DNA of 64,000 bases from Squalus acanthias (lineage: Eukaryota): contig CM059432.1 of assembly GCA_030390025.1 (NCBI GenBank), positions 9,920,001 to 9,984,000 on the forward strand, in the 5' to 3' direction. A model generated the notes under the pieces. That model saw only the letters and a list, made by a program, of their open reading frames with translations. It made no database searches and had not been told where the DNA came from. Position numbers and translations under genes: made by a program. Below, piece after piece: positions 36,807 through 48,878 of this stretch. Positions within the stretch are counted from its first letter, which is position 1. Every line of letters begins with the position of its first letter.

Positions 36807-38106
36807 TGAAGGGATTATTACTAGTCCTAGCCCCTTTTGGGCTACCCCGGATCAGGCGTATTCCCCAGACGTTCACCTTCAACTAAAGTTAGAGGTAGCC
36901 GAATCCTAAAGATGCTTAATTGGGTCTAAAGGTCCAGACTATCTCTCCTAAAGGAAAGGAACAGCCTGAAGATGTTACCGTCCTCCAGATAGCACTTTTA
37001 ATAAGTTTAGCTAGACTGTAACCTTCCGGATATTATGAGGGTCCGGAAAACTCTCTCAGAATTCTGCAACTCCTCACCAAAGCGTGTACAGAGATTGAGT
37101 TCGCGAGTTTGATACAGAAGTACTATGTGAGACAATTCTAAAAATATATAGATTTATTAAAGAACCGACATGTAATTACAGTAGGTGTTTCAATCGCAAC
37201 ATTAACAGTTCCAAATACAGAAATCTTACAATTCTATTATCAGAGATCCTTATTCTCAAATCTTAACTTCGTTACATTTTTTACAGTTCTCAGTTTATTC
37301 CAGGATATCCACCAAAATCAAATACCTTTGATACCCGAGACTCAAAGAGTTGTAGACTTACAGAGCTTGCCTCTGAAGCCGAGAATCACTTTGCCCCTTT
37401 CAGCGAATCTATCTTCCCATTTGAAAGTCCAATTTTTATACCCTTTCTCAGTGGTATTTCCTTTGAAGTTTTCTGCTGATGTAAGCTAATTATCTCTAGT
37501 CATTTTTCTGCTGACCCCTTCTATTCTTACAGTCAGTTCAGCTGGTAGCAAGCAGACTCGTGTCTCTCCTTTAGGTGTTTCAAGTTCAACACAAAAACAA
37601 TGTGATGGCTGGTACATCTATTTGATGTCATTTTTACGAAAGTCTTCTGTTTGTATCTTTTTATGACGTGTAAATTAAAAACACCTCAACCGAGTGCACC
37701 ATTGTCTTCTTAGCTACCTCATCTGGTTGCATTAAGAATTATGTCTCTACCCTAGGTGTTCGAAGCTCATCATAAAAAACAGTGTAACAGCAGTGGTTCT
37801 ATTTGATGTCATTCTTAATCTTGTGATTCTTTCCGAAGTGTTGGTTTAAGACACCTTAACAGGGTATACCATTATGTTCTTTCCAATGCTTCAGACTTCC
37901 AGGAAACTCCAACCTTCTGTTTCATTAAGGCTATTGATTCAGTGTTAACAACTTATCTTATCTCAAAAGCCTGTATGCTGTTCACAGCTTTTCCATTGTT
38001 GAGGCTTCCAGATTTTCCAACCCAATTTGTCATGTTTTAATAGAGTCAGAATTATTTTATAGAACGGTGTATTTTTCTGAATAGGTATATTGCTTATTCC
38101 TTCACA
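36807..38106 (-). mobile_element. 1.3-kb solo LTR of an endogenous retrovirus (possibly foamy-like)
   Basis: TG...CA with inverted termini TGAAGGGATTA / TTATTCCTTCA(CA); exact TSD CACC (36803-36806/38107-38110); minus-strand TATAAAA at 37440, GTAAGT at 37361, AATAAA at 37158. Confidence 0.75.
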
Positions 38107-38167
38107 CACCTTCCGGAAAGTTAACTTTCTGGGCTGACGCCTCATTCTCCTCGCAGCCAAAGAAACT

Positions 38168-38632
38168 GGAGAGATAGAAAAAAGAAAGGCTTGCATTTAT
38201 ATAGCACCTTTCACAACCTCAGGACATCCCAAAGTGCTTTACAGTCAATGAAGTACTTTTGAAGTGTTGTAATGTAGGAAACACGGCAGCCAATTTACGC
38301 ACAGCAAGCTCCCACAAACAGCAATGTGATAATGACCAGATGATCTGTTTTTGTTATGTTGATTGAGGGATAAATGTTGGTCAGGACACCGGGGATAACT
38401 CCCCTGCTCTTCTTCGAAATAGAGCCTCGGGATCTTTTATGTCCACCTGAGAGAGCAGACGGGGCCTCGGTTTAACGTCTCATCTGAAAGACGGCACCGC
38501 CGACAGTGCAGCACTCCCTCAGTACTGCACTGGAGTGTCAGCCTAGAATTTGTGCTCAAATCCTTGTAGTGGGACCTGAACCCACAACCATTTGACCCAG
38601 AGGCGAGAGTGCTACCAACTGAGCCATGGCTG
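38168..38632 (-). mobile_element. Full-length SacSINE1-like SINE
   Basis: Head, core and tail. Confidence 0.9.
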
Positions 38633-39814
38633 GATAGGGAAGAAAGTATTACAAAGAAAAAACAAACCAAAATAAAACAATTCATTAATTATCTTTTAAT
38701 CGCACCATTTGGTGTAGTCATTATACAGTACTACAAACAAATTTGATCCAATTGTTTAGATTAAATTCTACAGTAAACAAAGCAAACCTTGAAATGCAGT
38801 TGACATTTTAGGCTATTAGCTTGATTGGTGCGTCATTGAAAATATAACCAGACTGAACTAGGGCTCATCAGTGAGCTGCGACACATTATTATGCAGAATG
38901 CTAAATTAACTTTCAATCAATATGTACAGTCGTACCATTTGTACAGTGGCTTACTATACCTGAATATTCAATCATTTCAATAATTAATAGAATATTCAAT
39001 TGCAAGAATAATTAGTTGGCGGGCTTGGGGCTTAATGTATTTAAAGGAATACTCCATCAAAAAGGAGACTCCCCAGGCACTGGAGTCCCTAATGCATGCT
39101 ATTTGGAAGCTTCTTTCAAAGCGGAATTTAGCAATGGCTCCGTGCCATCGCCGTAGTTCACAAAAGTAAAACAGAATTCAGAACTTCTCCAAGTCCACCA
39201 TTTTCTGTGCAGCAGTGTGTCGGCAGCAGAAACCTGCGCAAAATGGTCCCCCCCCCCCATCGTGTTGCATCAGTGAACACATTACGCACTGAAAAGCTCA
39301 TTGACGTCGCTTTACCGAGCAGATCATTTCACTTTGCAGGATGTGAGTGTGCTGGGGGGTGGGGGGTGGGGGTGGGGGGGGGCGGGACGAATCTTAAAAT
39401 GGCCGGTTCCTGAAATATTCATCAATTAAATGAGCACCAAGCTGAATATGCATTTTCCATATTGAGTGCAGTCAGGACCTTTCACGCAACTAAGTAAATA
39501 TATATATTTTTTAAATCATATTTGTCTAATTTAACATAGCAGGAAGTGCAGTAGGCAGTAAAACTGGGCACATTCCAGAGGCAAGTCTATCTAGTGTTTA
39601 TTTCATCCAGAATGTCATCTAGTACGTGCTCACAGAATTGTTTTGTAGGAGTTTATCTGGCATAAAATAGCCAGTGTACAGTCCGCACAACTTTCAGTTG
39701 GAAGTGATAAAAAGAGGTTGCTGTCTGGACTTTTCAGAAGCCATTTTCTTTTCCACCAGTTTCCGCGCATTTCCCAGGGGCAGAAACCAAGCCCCTGACA
39801 ATCAGACGGCGAGG

Positions 39815-41157
39815 GGCAAAGTTAACAGTCACTTGGACAGGTGTGGATTAATTAAGGAAAGCCAGCATGGATTTGTTAAAGGCAAATCGTGCATAACCAA
39901 CTTGATCGAGTTTTTTGATGAGGTAACGGAGAGGGTTGATGAGGGCAATGTGGTTGATGTGATATACATGGACTTCCAAAAGGCGTTCGACAAAGTGCCA
40001 CATAATAGGCTTGCCAGAAAAGTTGAAGCCCATGGAATAAAAGGGACAGTGGCAGCATGGATACAAAACTGGCTCAGTGACAGGAAACAGAGAGTAGTGG
40101 TGAACGGTTGTTTTTCGGACTGGAGGAAGGTATACAGTGGTGTTCTCCAGAGGTCGGTACTAGGACCACTGTTTTTCTTGATTTATATTAATGACTTGGA
40201 TGTGGGTGTACAGGGCACAATTTCAAAATTTGCTGATGAAACAAAACTTGGAAGTATAGTGAACAGTGAGGAAGATAGTGAAAGACTTCAAGAAGACATA
40301 GACAGGCTGGTGGAATGGGTGGACACGTGGCAGATGAAATTTAACGCAGAAAAGTGCGAAGTGATACATTTTGGTAGAAGGAATGAGGAGAGGAAATATA
40401 AACTAAAGGGTACAATCCTAAAAGGGGTGCATGAACTTAGAGACCTGGGGGTATATGTGCACAAATCGTTGAAGGTGGCAGGGCAGGTTGAGATAATGGT
40501 TAAAAAAGCTTACGGGATCCTGAGCTTCATGAATAGAGGTATAGAGTACAAAAGCGTGGAAATTATGATGAACCTTTATAAAACACTGGTTTGGCCTCAA
40601 CTGAAGTATTGTGTCTAATTCTGGGCATCGCACTTTAGGAAGGATGTGAAGGCCTTCGAAAGGGTGCAGAAAAGATTTACAAGAATGGTTCCAGGGATGA
40701 GGGACTTCAGTTACGTGGATAGACTGGAGAAGCTGGGGTTGTTCTCCTTAGAGCAGAGAAGATTCAGAAGAGATTTGATAGCAGTGTTCAAAATCATGCG
40801 GGGTCTGGACAGAGTGGATAGAGAGAAACTGTTCCCATTGGCAGAAGGGTCGAGAACCAGAGGACACAGATTTAAGGTGATTGGCAAAAGAATCAAAGAC
40901 GACATAAGAAAAAACTTTTTTACTGAGTGAGTGGTTAGGATCTGGAATGCACTGCCTGAAAGGGTGGTGGAGGCAGACTCAATCATGGCTTTCACAAAGG
41001 AGTTGGATAAGTACCTGAAAGAAAAACATTTGCAGGGCTACAGGGAAAGGGCGGGGGAGTGGGACTAGCTGAAGTGCTCTTGCAGAGAGCCGGCACGGGC
41101 TCGACGGGCCAAATGGCCTTCTTCCGTGCTGTAACCATTCTATGATTCTATGATTCT
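39815..41157 (+). mobile_element. CR1 LINE, 5'-truncated, with a nearly intact RT ORF
   Basis: ORFs 39674..40618 and 40646..40930 (QHGFVKGKSC, YMDFQKAFDKV, SVLGP, KFADETKL); (TTCTATGA)n tail. Confidence 0.95.
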
Positions 41158-41635
41158 AGGAAGTCTAAATCATTGATATATACCACAAAAAGCAAGGGAT
41201 CTAGTACTGAGCCCTGTGGAACCCCACTGGAAACAGCCTTCCAGTCACAAAAACACGCGTCGACCATTACCCTTTGCTTCCTGCTGCTGAGCCAATTTTG
41301 GATCCAACTTGCCACTTTCCATTGGATCCGATTGGCATTTACTTTTTTGACCAACCTGCCACGTGGGACCTTGTCAAAAGCCTTGCTAAAATCCACGAAG
41401 ACTGCATCAAACACACTACCTTCATCGAACCTCCTCATTACCTCCTCAAAAAATTCAATCAAGTTCGTCAGACACGGCCTTCCCTTAACAAATCCATGCT
41501 GATTGCCCTTGATTAATCCATGCCTTTCTAAATGATGATTAATCCTGTCCCTTAGAATTTTTTCCAATAATTTGTCCAGCACCGAGGTTTAGGCTAACTG
41601 GCCTGTAATTACTCGATCTATCCCTTTCTCTCTTT
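41158..41635 (-). mobile_element. CR1 RT fragment
   Basis: ORF 41148..41582 QHGFVKGRPCLTNLIEFFEE...GVPQGSVLDP. Confidence 0.9.
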
Positions 41636-41771
41636 TTCCCTATCTGTCTGTCTGTCTATCTATCTATCTTACATTAAATGATATATATGGAAGCTTAATA
41701 ACTAAGCAATACCATAAACACAGTACAGTCCATAGCATTGAAAGTCCAATGAAAGGGAGCTTAGCTTTTCA

Positions 41772-42075
41772 ACTAAGCTCAAATTCCAGAGCTTTGGGCC
41801 GAGGTGGCTGTCGGCACGGCCACCAGTGGTGGGGTGATGGAAGTTGGGATATGTAGGAGGCCAGAGTTGGACAAAGTGCAGAATTCTTGGAGGGTTGTAG
41901 GGGCGGGAGGAGGTTACAGAGCTAGGGATGGGCGAGGCCATGGAGGGATTCGAAAATGAGGAGGAGAATTTTTAAATCAAGGCGTTAGTAGATCGGGAGC
42001 CAATGTAGGTCAGCGAGCACTGGGTGATTGGTGAACGGGACTTGTTGCGAGTTAGGATACAGGCAGCAGAGTTTT
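41772..42075 (-). mobile_element. L2 fragment
   Basis: Homologous to L2 copies at 26562 and 43605. Confidence 0.75.
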
Positions 42076-42253
42076 TAGAGGACATCCTTCCCATCTGGAC
42101 AGAAAGCAAAGCTTTCAGTGAGTGTCAGAGTGTCCTTGAGTAAAAGGTATACATAGCTCATATGTGGGCATTAGGTTTCCATACCAATCTGCAACCTGCA
42201 TCAACAACAAGAGTTTACACTCATGTAATGACCAGAGTAGTGCAATTATGCAT

Positions 42254-42581
42254 GGACAACACGGTGGCATAGTGGTTAGCACTGTTGCGGCATAGTGGTT
42301 AGCACTGTTACCTCACAGCGCCAGAGACCCAGGTTTGAATCTCGGCCTCGGGTGACTGTCTGTGTGGAGTTTGCACATTCTCCCCGTGTCTGTGTGGGTT
42401 TCCTCCGGGTGCTCCGGTTTCCTCCCACAGTCCAAAGATGTGTGGGTTAGGTTGATTTGGCTATGATAAATTGACCCTTAGTGTTAGGGAATTAAATACG
42501 TGGGGTTACGGTGGGATATGTGTCGGTGCAGGCTCGATGGGCCGAAATGGCCTCTATCTGCATTGTGGGGATTCTGTGATG
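42254..42581 (+). mobile_element. HE1-type V-SINE
   Basis: tRNA head, V-domain GTGGAGTTTGCACATTCTCCCCGTGTCTG..GGTTTCCTCCGGGTGCTCCGGTTTCCTCCCACAGTCCAAAGATG, CR1-like tail GGGCCGAAATGGCCT. Confidence 0.9.
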
Positions 42582-43604
42582 TCAATGTCCATTACTTATA
42601 AAGCAACTGTGATGCCTTCATTATGCAGCGGTCGACAGTGCCTGTATTTCTGGAAGAAAAGGAAAGACTAGAAGGATGGCATGGAGGTGGGGGCTAACCT
42701 CCGCACCCATGGCTGCTGACCCCCACAAAGCAACTCCTTAGCAACAGAGGAGAGAGTCTTGGGTTGGAAGCCTGTGGTTCCATATCCTCCAACAGAGAAA
42801 ACTGAGCCACCCAACATTAGGCCGTTCCCGAGCCAGAAAAACTGGCTCACGTTGACTCTGTTATAGCGCCTGTTTTTGGTGGCTGAAGTTGAACGTTTAG
42901 GTATCGGCATTCTACTGAGCAGATTTGGCACTGCCTGAGGTATGTAGGCAGTGTGGGATGTGATCCTGTGTAGTACTGCAAGAATGGCCTGCAATGTTCC
43001 AGCACAAATTCTTTAAACCCTCTCAGCACCCGCCCTCTGTGCAGCTTGCATCTGTTCCTTCACTGGACTGTGGATTCAGTCTCAAATAGGAATGCTCTAT
43101 TTTTTCTGCCTCTCCCAAAAACATTGCTGTTTTTCACTCCTCTCTACTGGCAGTAGCACTTACTGATAAATGTCAAGGAGCTTATTGCTTACTCGACTTT
43201 GATTGGCTGCCAAGATTTACTGCTGTGTGGAATTACAGCTGTGCTCGGGCAGAAAAAACATCCGGTGATGTTACAACTAGAGAATTAACCTCTGGAACAC
43301 CTCCTAAATCGCACAAGGTGTCGGCCCACATCTGTAATTCTGAACTCCCAATATCGTCAGACTTCTCAAAGCAGACTCTAATCTTGTGATGTGAATTGAC
43401 GCTCAATATCACCCGGATACAGAGACAACCCATAATCTTGAATTGAACAAACATTAAAGAGTCCCTATCAATATCATCAACAATCCATTGTGTTCATCTG
43501 TTTTTCTGCATATTTAGATTAGCCATCAGTCTATGCTAAACATTTTTAAGTAAAGAAAAGTAATGACATTCAGGGCAAAAACTACAGCTTCACAAATGTA
43601 GGTT

Positions 43605-44098
43605 CTACATTCTGCTGCCTGTATCCTAACTCGCACCAAGTCCAGTTCACCCATCACACTTGTACTCGCTGATCCACATTGCCTCCCGGTCCGGCTACGT
43701 CTCAATTATAAAATTCTCATCCTTGTTTTCAAATCCCTCTATTGCCTCAGCTCGCCCTATCTCTGTAACCGCCTCCAGCCCTACAAACCTCCGAGATCTC
43801 TGCACTCCTCCAATTCTGGCCTCTTGCGCATCCCTGATTTTCGTCGCTCCACCATTGGTGGCCGTGCCTTCAGGTGCCTGGGCCCCGAACTCTGGAATTC
43901 CTTCCCTAAACCTCTCGCCTCTCTCTCCTCCTTTAAGACGCTCCTTAAAACCGACCTCTTTGACCGAGCTTTCGGTCACATGTCCTAATATCGCTTTATG
44001 TGGCCCTAGTGACAAATTTTTATCTGATAACGCTCCTGTGATGCACCTTGGGACGTTTTGCTACATTAAAGGCGCTATATAAATGCAAGTTGTTGTTG
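43605..44098 (+). mobile_element. L2 LINE 3' end
   Basis: HITLVLADPHCLPV-type region and AAATGCAAGTTGTTGTTG tail. Confidence 0.85.
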
Positions 44099-45017
44099 AA
44101 GGTCTCGCCGTTTATTACCTTCTCCTTGAAAGCTGAGTACAGAGAGAGCGAGCAGTCCAATTCTATAGATTGAGTCGGCTTCCCACAGGTGCACGGACCA
44201 ACTGACAGACACATTTAGGCTTGAAATCTCCAGACGACAGCCCCTTCAGTTTCATTACTAGGCAAGGCGTTCATTCAAAATTACGACCAGGTACGGTGTG
44301 GTGCCAATTACCTTATCGTGCATGTTAATGCCCCCTAGCAAAGAAGCTGTCACAGCACTTTATCATTTGACAATCCCGTATACCAGCCTTGATGACCTGG
44401 AGCAATGGTTGACTGGTGATCAGGCACATCCCACTGCAGTTATGGCTTATGACTCCAGTAAGGCATAAGAACATAAGAGCATAAGAAATAGGAGCTGGAG
44501 TATGCCATTCGGCCCCTCGAGCCTGCTCAGTCATTCAACAAGATCATGGCTGATCATCTACCTCAACTCCACTTCCCCACATCATCCCCATATCCCCTTA
44601 GTTCCCAAAAATTTATTGACCTCTGTCTTGAATATACTTCCCTTTGAGTGAAGAAATTTCTCCTCATCTCAGTCCTAAATGGCCGACCCCTTATTCTAAG
44701 ACTGTGACCCCGTGTTCTAGATTCCCCAGCCAGGAGAAACATTTTCTCAGCATTAACCCTGTCAAGCATCTTAAGAATTTTATATGTTTCAATGAGATCA
44801 CCTCTCATTCTCCTAAATTCTAGAGAATATAGGCCTAGTCTACTTAATCTCTCCTCATAGGGCAATCCCCTCATCCCAGGAACCCCCAGTCTAGTGAACC
44901 TTCATTGTACTCCCTCTGAGGCAAATATGTCTTTCCTTCGGTAAGGTGACCAGAACTGTACACAGAACTCCAGGTGTGGCCTCACCAATGCCCTGTATAA
45001 TTGTAATAAGACTTCTT

Positions 45018-45910
45018 GGGGTAGAAATTAGGTCGCGCCCCATTTGGGGCGCAAATATCGTCCGGACGCAAATATTAGCGCCTGGCGCTAATTATCGGCA
45101 CTGACAGGAAACTTCACTTTTACCGCCCCGGGAGGTGAGTGGAGCGCTAAAGCAGGCGCTGCACACGTCTCTTAAGGCGCAAAGGCCGAGCAGTGAGGCG
45201 CTAACTCGGAGCGCTGGCGAAGCTCATGTAATGTCAGTCAGCAATGGAACACACACACAATGGCACGGGCCAGTTCTTAAAGGGGATGGTTAATCTTGCT
45301 TTCCATCCACATCCTGTTCATTGCTGCCTTGAATCTCGGCCTGGAGAGACTTGCACATCAAATGTGCTGGAAAGAACAATGGAGAGTACCAGGCAAAGAG
45401 CTCAGAGTGCAGCTCCCACAGTCTCTGCTAAATCGATACAAGGAATGGCAAATCAAAATGAACCTGCAAAGTGCTGCTCAGTACCCAAAACTCCTTCACA
45501 CAACGTTGAATCTCTCCAGAAGTCTCTCCCTCTCTCTCTCAGAATGCGTAGTTCAAAAATGCCACCAACAATAAAAGACACGAAGAGGCCCCCTTTAAAT
45601 AGCGCCCCCCCCAGCCCCACAGCGATTGATAGCGTTCCAGTCTTCTGGTCGTTGGAAGCGCCAGGCGGTAAGGCAGGGGGCGCCACTCAATTTCCGCTAC
45701 GGGGCGCCACAAGGGCGTTGCACCATGGAATGACTTCACAATCTGCGCGCGCAGGTGGTCGCAGCGGTAAGTTTTAGCGCCGCCGCACAATCTCAAGTTA
45801 AGTTCTCGAGCAGCGCAAACATCGCTGCGCCCGGGCGTTAGCGGCTTTGCGCCCCATTAGCGCCCTCTTAAGGCGCTAACGGGAGGCGCAACCAAGTGAA
45901 TTTTTACCCC
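45018..45910. mobile_element. ~890-bp Harbinger-like MITE
   Basis: TIRs GGGGTAGAAATT / AATTTTTACCCC; exact TSD CTT. Confidence 0.9.
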
Positions 45911-46201
45911 CTTTACTCTTATACTCTAATCCATTTGTAACAAAAGCTAACATACCATCTGCTTTCCTAATTGCTTGCTGTACCTGCACGTTACCTTTCT
46001 GTGATTCATGTACAAGGACACCCAGGTCACTCAGAATGCACATTTCCCAGTCTCTCACCATTCAAAAAATATTCTGCTTTTTTGTATTTCCTACCAAAGT
46101 GGATAACTTCACACTTCCCCACATTGTAATCCATTTGCTATGTTATTGCCTACTCAGTCAACCTGTCTATATCTCTCTGCAGCCTCTTTGCATCCTCCTC
46201 A

Positions 46202-46748
46202 CAGCGGCGGTAACCGTTAGCGCATCGCGGCGCTGTGCTGCCGGTGATGACATCATCACCGTGCGCAGCGCCCCGGCCGCAATCTTCAGTAGCGCCCCCT
46301 GACTTACCGCCGGACGCTATGTCCGACGGGGTAAGGGGGGGCCTACCTGCGGCTGGGGCGGCGCTAATTAAAGGGGAGGTGCCGGGCGGCCATTTTTGTT
46401 GCTGCCCCCTCTGCCGTCTCCAGCCTCCTCTGAAGCCCCCCCCCCCGCAGAGTGTTGGCTGCGCTCCGTGATTCCGGCACTTCTCTTAAGTGCCAGGCTC
46501 TTTTGCTGGCACTCCGATCCCTGGTGGCCCAGCTGGGCCCTGGGTCGCGCTGCGCTAGGCCCCTCCTCTTTAAGAAGGCCTGCAGTACTGCGCACGGCGC
46601 TGCGGCACATAGCGCCGCGATATTCACTCGCAGCGCCCCAAGAGGGAGGCGGGGCGCTTCCAGTAGCACCCCACTTCCCTCTTGGGGCGCTACCGGTGAA
46701 TTTTGGCCGCGGGGATGCTAAAAGGGGGCGCGACTCAATTTTTCCCCC
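46202..46748. mobile_element. Partial Harbinger-like MITE (different family, right TIR only)
   Basis: GC-rich GCGCC-motif body ending AATTTTTCCCCC, followed by CTT TACTCTT. Confidence 0.7.
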
Positions 46749-47831
46749 CTTTACTCTTATACACTAATCCCTTTGTAACAAAAGCTAACATACCATTTGC
46801 TTTCCTAATTGCTTGCTGTACCTGCATGTTAACTTTTTGTGATTCATGTACAAGGACACCCAGGTCCCTCAGAATGCAAACATTTCCCAGTCTCTCACCA
46901 TTCAAAAAATATTTTGCTTATTTGTTTTTCCGACCAAAGTGGATAATTTCACACTTCCCCACATTGTATTCCATTGGCCATGTTCTTGCCCACTCAGTCA
47001 ACCTGTCTATATCTCTCTGTAGCCTCTTTGCGTCCGTATTTTCCCATCTAACTTTGTATCATCAGCAAACTTGGATATGTTACACTCAGTCCCTTCATCT
47101 AAAGACATTAATATAGATTGTAAATAGCTGGGACCCAAGCACTGATCCTTGCGGTACCCCATTAGTTACAGCCTGCCAACCTGAAAAAGTCCCGTTTATT
47201 CCTACTCTCTGTTTTCTGTCCATTAACCAATCCTCAATCCATGCGAATACATTAACCCCAATCCTATGAGTCCTAATTTTGTGTAATAGCCTCGTGTGGC
47301 TACATACATACTTACTTTGCACACAGCAAGGTCTCACAGCAATGAGATAAATGACCTGATAATCTGCTTTTTAAGACACTCCTTAGAACCTACCTCTTTG
47401 ACCAAGCTTCTGGTCACATGTTCTAATAGCTGCTTATGTGCCTCGGTGTCAAATTTTGTTTGATAATCCCTGGGACGTTTTACTACGTTAAAGGCACTAT
47501 ATAAATGCAAGTTGCTGTTGATGTGGTTACCATGGGCACAGGCACCCTCCAGAGCCTCGACAAAGTGACCTTTCTTCAAGTGCAAGCGTTGATGGGAGCA
47601 TCAGCAGGGAGTCTGAGTGGTCAGCATCAGCAGGACATTCACCATGATGGAAAGAGGCAGTGGGAGAAAAATCACAATGGAGACTGATCCTGACTTCACT
47701 CAACAGCTAAATATGTGTATTTTCAAGCGGGAATACTGGATAGCAATTGGGAGATGTGGAAGCTTCTTGGACTTGACACCAACTTGGCTGTAAATAATTT
47801 TTATTGAGTCAACTGAGTCTTGACACACTCA

Positions 47832-48878
47832 GGCCGATTTTCAATGAATATTTTAGGTACTAAAGGAGGTAAAAAAAAAGGTGGCCAAGATGGGGGTCTT
47901 AGGCTGAAACGCCCGTTCAGCCCATGTTTAGTGCAAAACACCATCTTGGTAAAGGAGTTCAAGCCAGCACTAGGAATGGCCTGGCGGCTCATTAAACAGC
48001 TGATTGCCACTTAAAATGCCTGCTAGCGCTCATTATACTGGCTGCACGGCATTTTGGTGGCTGGCGCTTCAACTAACGCCCTCTCATAACAGCGACCAGA
48101 TGTTTGGGAGTAAACACGCCGTTGATGTCCATTTCAAGCGCTACTTAAAGAGATACTTACCACTTAAAGGATACTCTCCATTTCATGATCATTGCTGCTG
48201 GAGCTGTGAGGAGGACCTCTGAAACACATCGGGAGACTTTCTGGGACACTTTGACAAGACTTTACCAATACTCGAGCAACATTTATTTCAGAAACTCTCT
48301 GAGGATTTCACCTAAAAGGAGTGAATGCTGTGCTACTCTACGTTATTGGACACCTTATCGGAGTCACCAGGAGAAAGGGAGTGCTTGGTCATGGGTATCT
48401 TGCTAGGGGTCCCCCTTGGTCTGGATGAGGAAAGGGAGGAGGACATGAGGCCAGGCAGAGCAGCACCAGCTGCTGCAGGAGAGGGGGACAGGTGGGTGAG
48501 GTGGCGTCCTTCCTCCTGCAGCTATAAGACAGCCCTCCTTCTCTGGACATCCTCCACCAGGACCTCCAATGTCACGTCCGAGAACCTGTGCGCCCTCTCC
48601 CTCGGTCCCTGAGCCATCCTGCAACGTGTCGCTGTGTGCCAGCCAGCGCACTCCACACCTTAGTGGAAGTGGCTGCGAAGAGCCCGCATATACTGCTCCA
48701 CGAAAATTGTGTCCAATCAGGACTTGAGTGCTAAACCTGCAGGTGTCTGGTATATACCACCAGACAAGTTCAAATTATGGTAATCAGCAATTAGGACCCA
48801 AATTTTGTTTCGAGTGACTTTCAAACAGGCTAGACTTAGTAGCACTGCATCCACTTAGCGCCTGTTTTCACCCTTTGG
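47832..48878 (+). mobile_element. Degenerate Harbinger-like element with a possible transposase N-terminal remnant
   Basis: Starts GGCCGATTTTC; MGILLGVPLGLDEEREED... resembles Harbinger transposase leaders; no clear right TIR. Confidence 0.45.

Larger units (their letters stand above)
44463..47298 (-). mobile_element. Chimeric CR1 with a duplicated segment and two Harbinger-like insertions
   Basis: ORFs 44563..44874 and 47095..47337; segment 45911-46200 repeated at 46749-47035. Confidence 0.85.

Noticed and set aside
38110..38165. Minus-strand exon (ARRMRRQPRKLTFRK)
   Set aside because: The polypyrimidine tract comes largely from a SINE tail and the donor is created by the LTR junction
39674..40930. 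314-aa ORF as a host gene or active retroelement
   Set aside because: 5'-truncated CR1 RT with an in-frame stop at 40616-40618 and no ORF1 or endonuclease
42927..42956. Hairpin with a miR-34/449-like seed (AGGCAGTG)
   Set aside because: Stem only about 9 bp and no match beyond the seed
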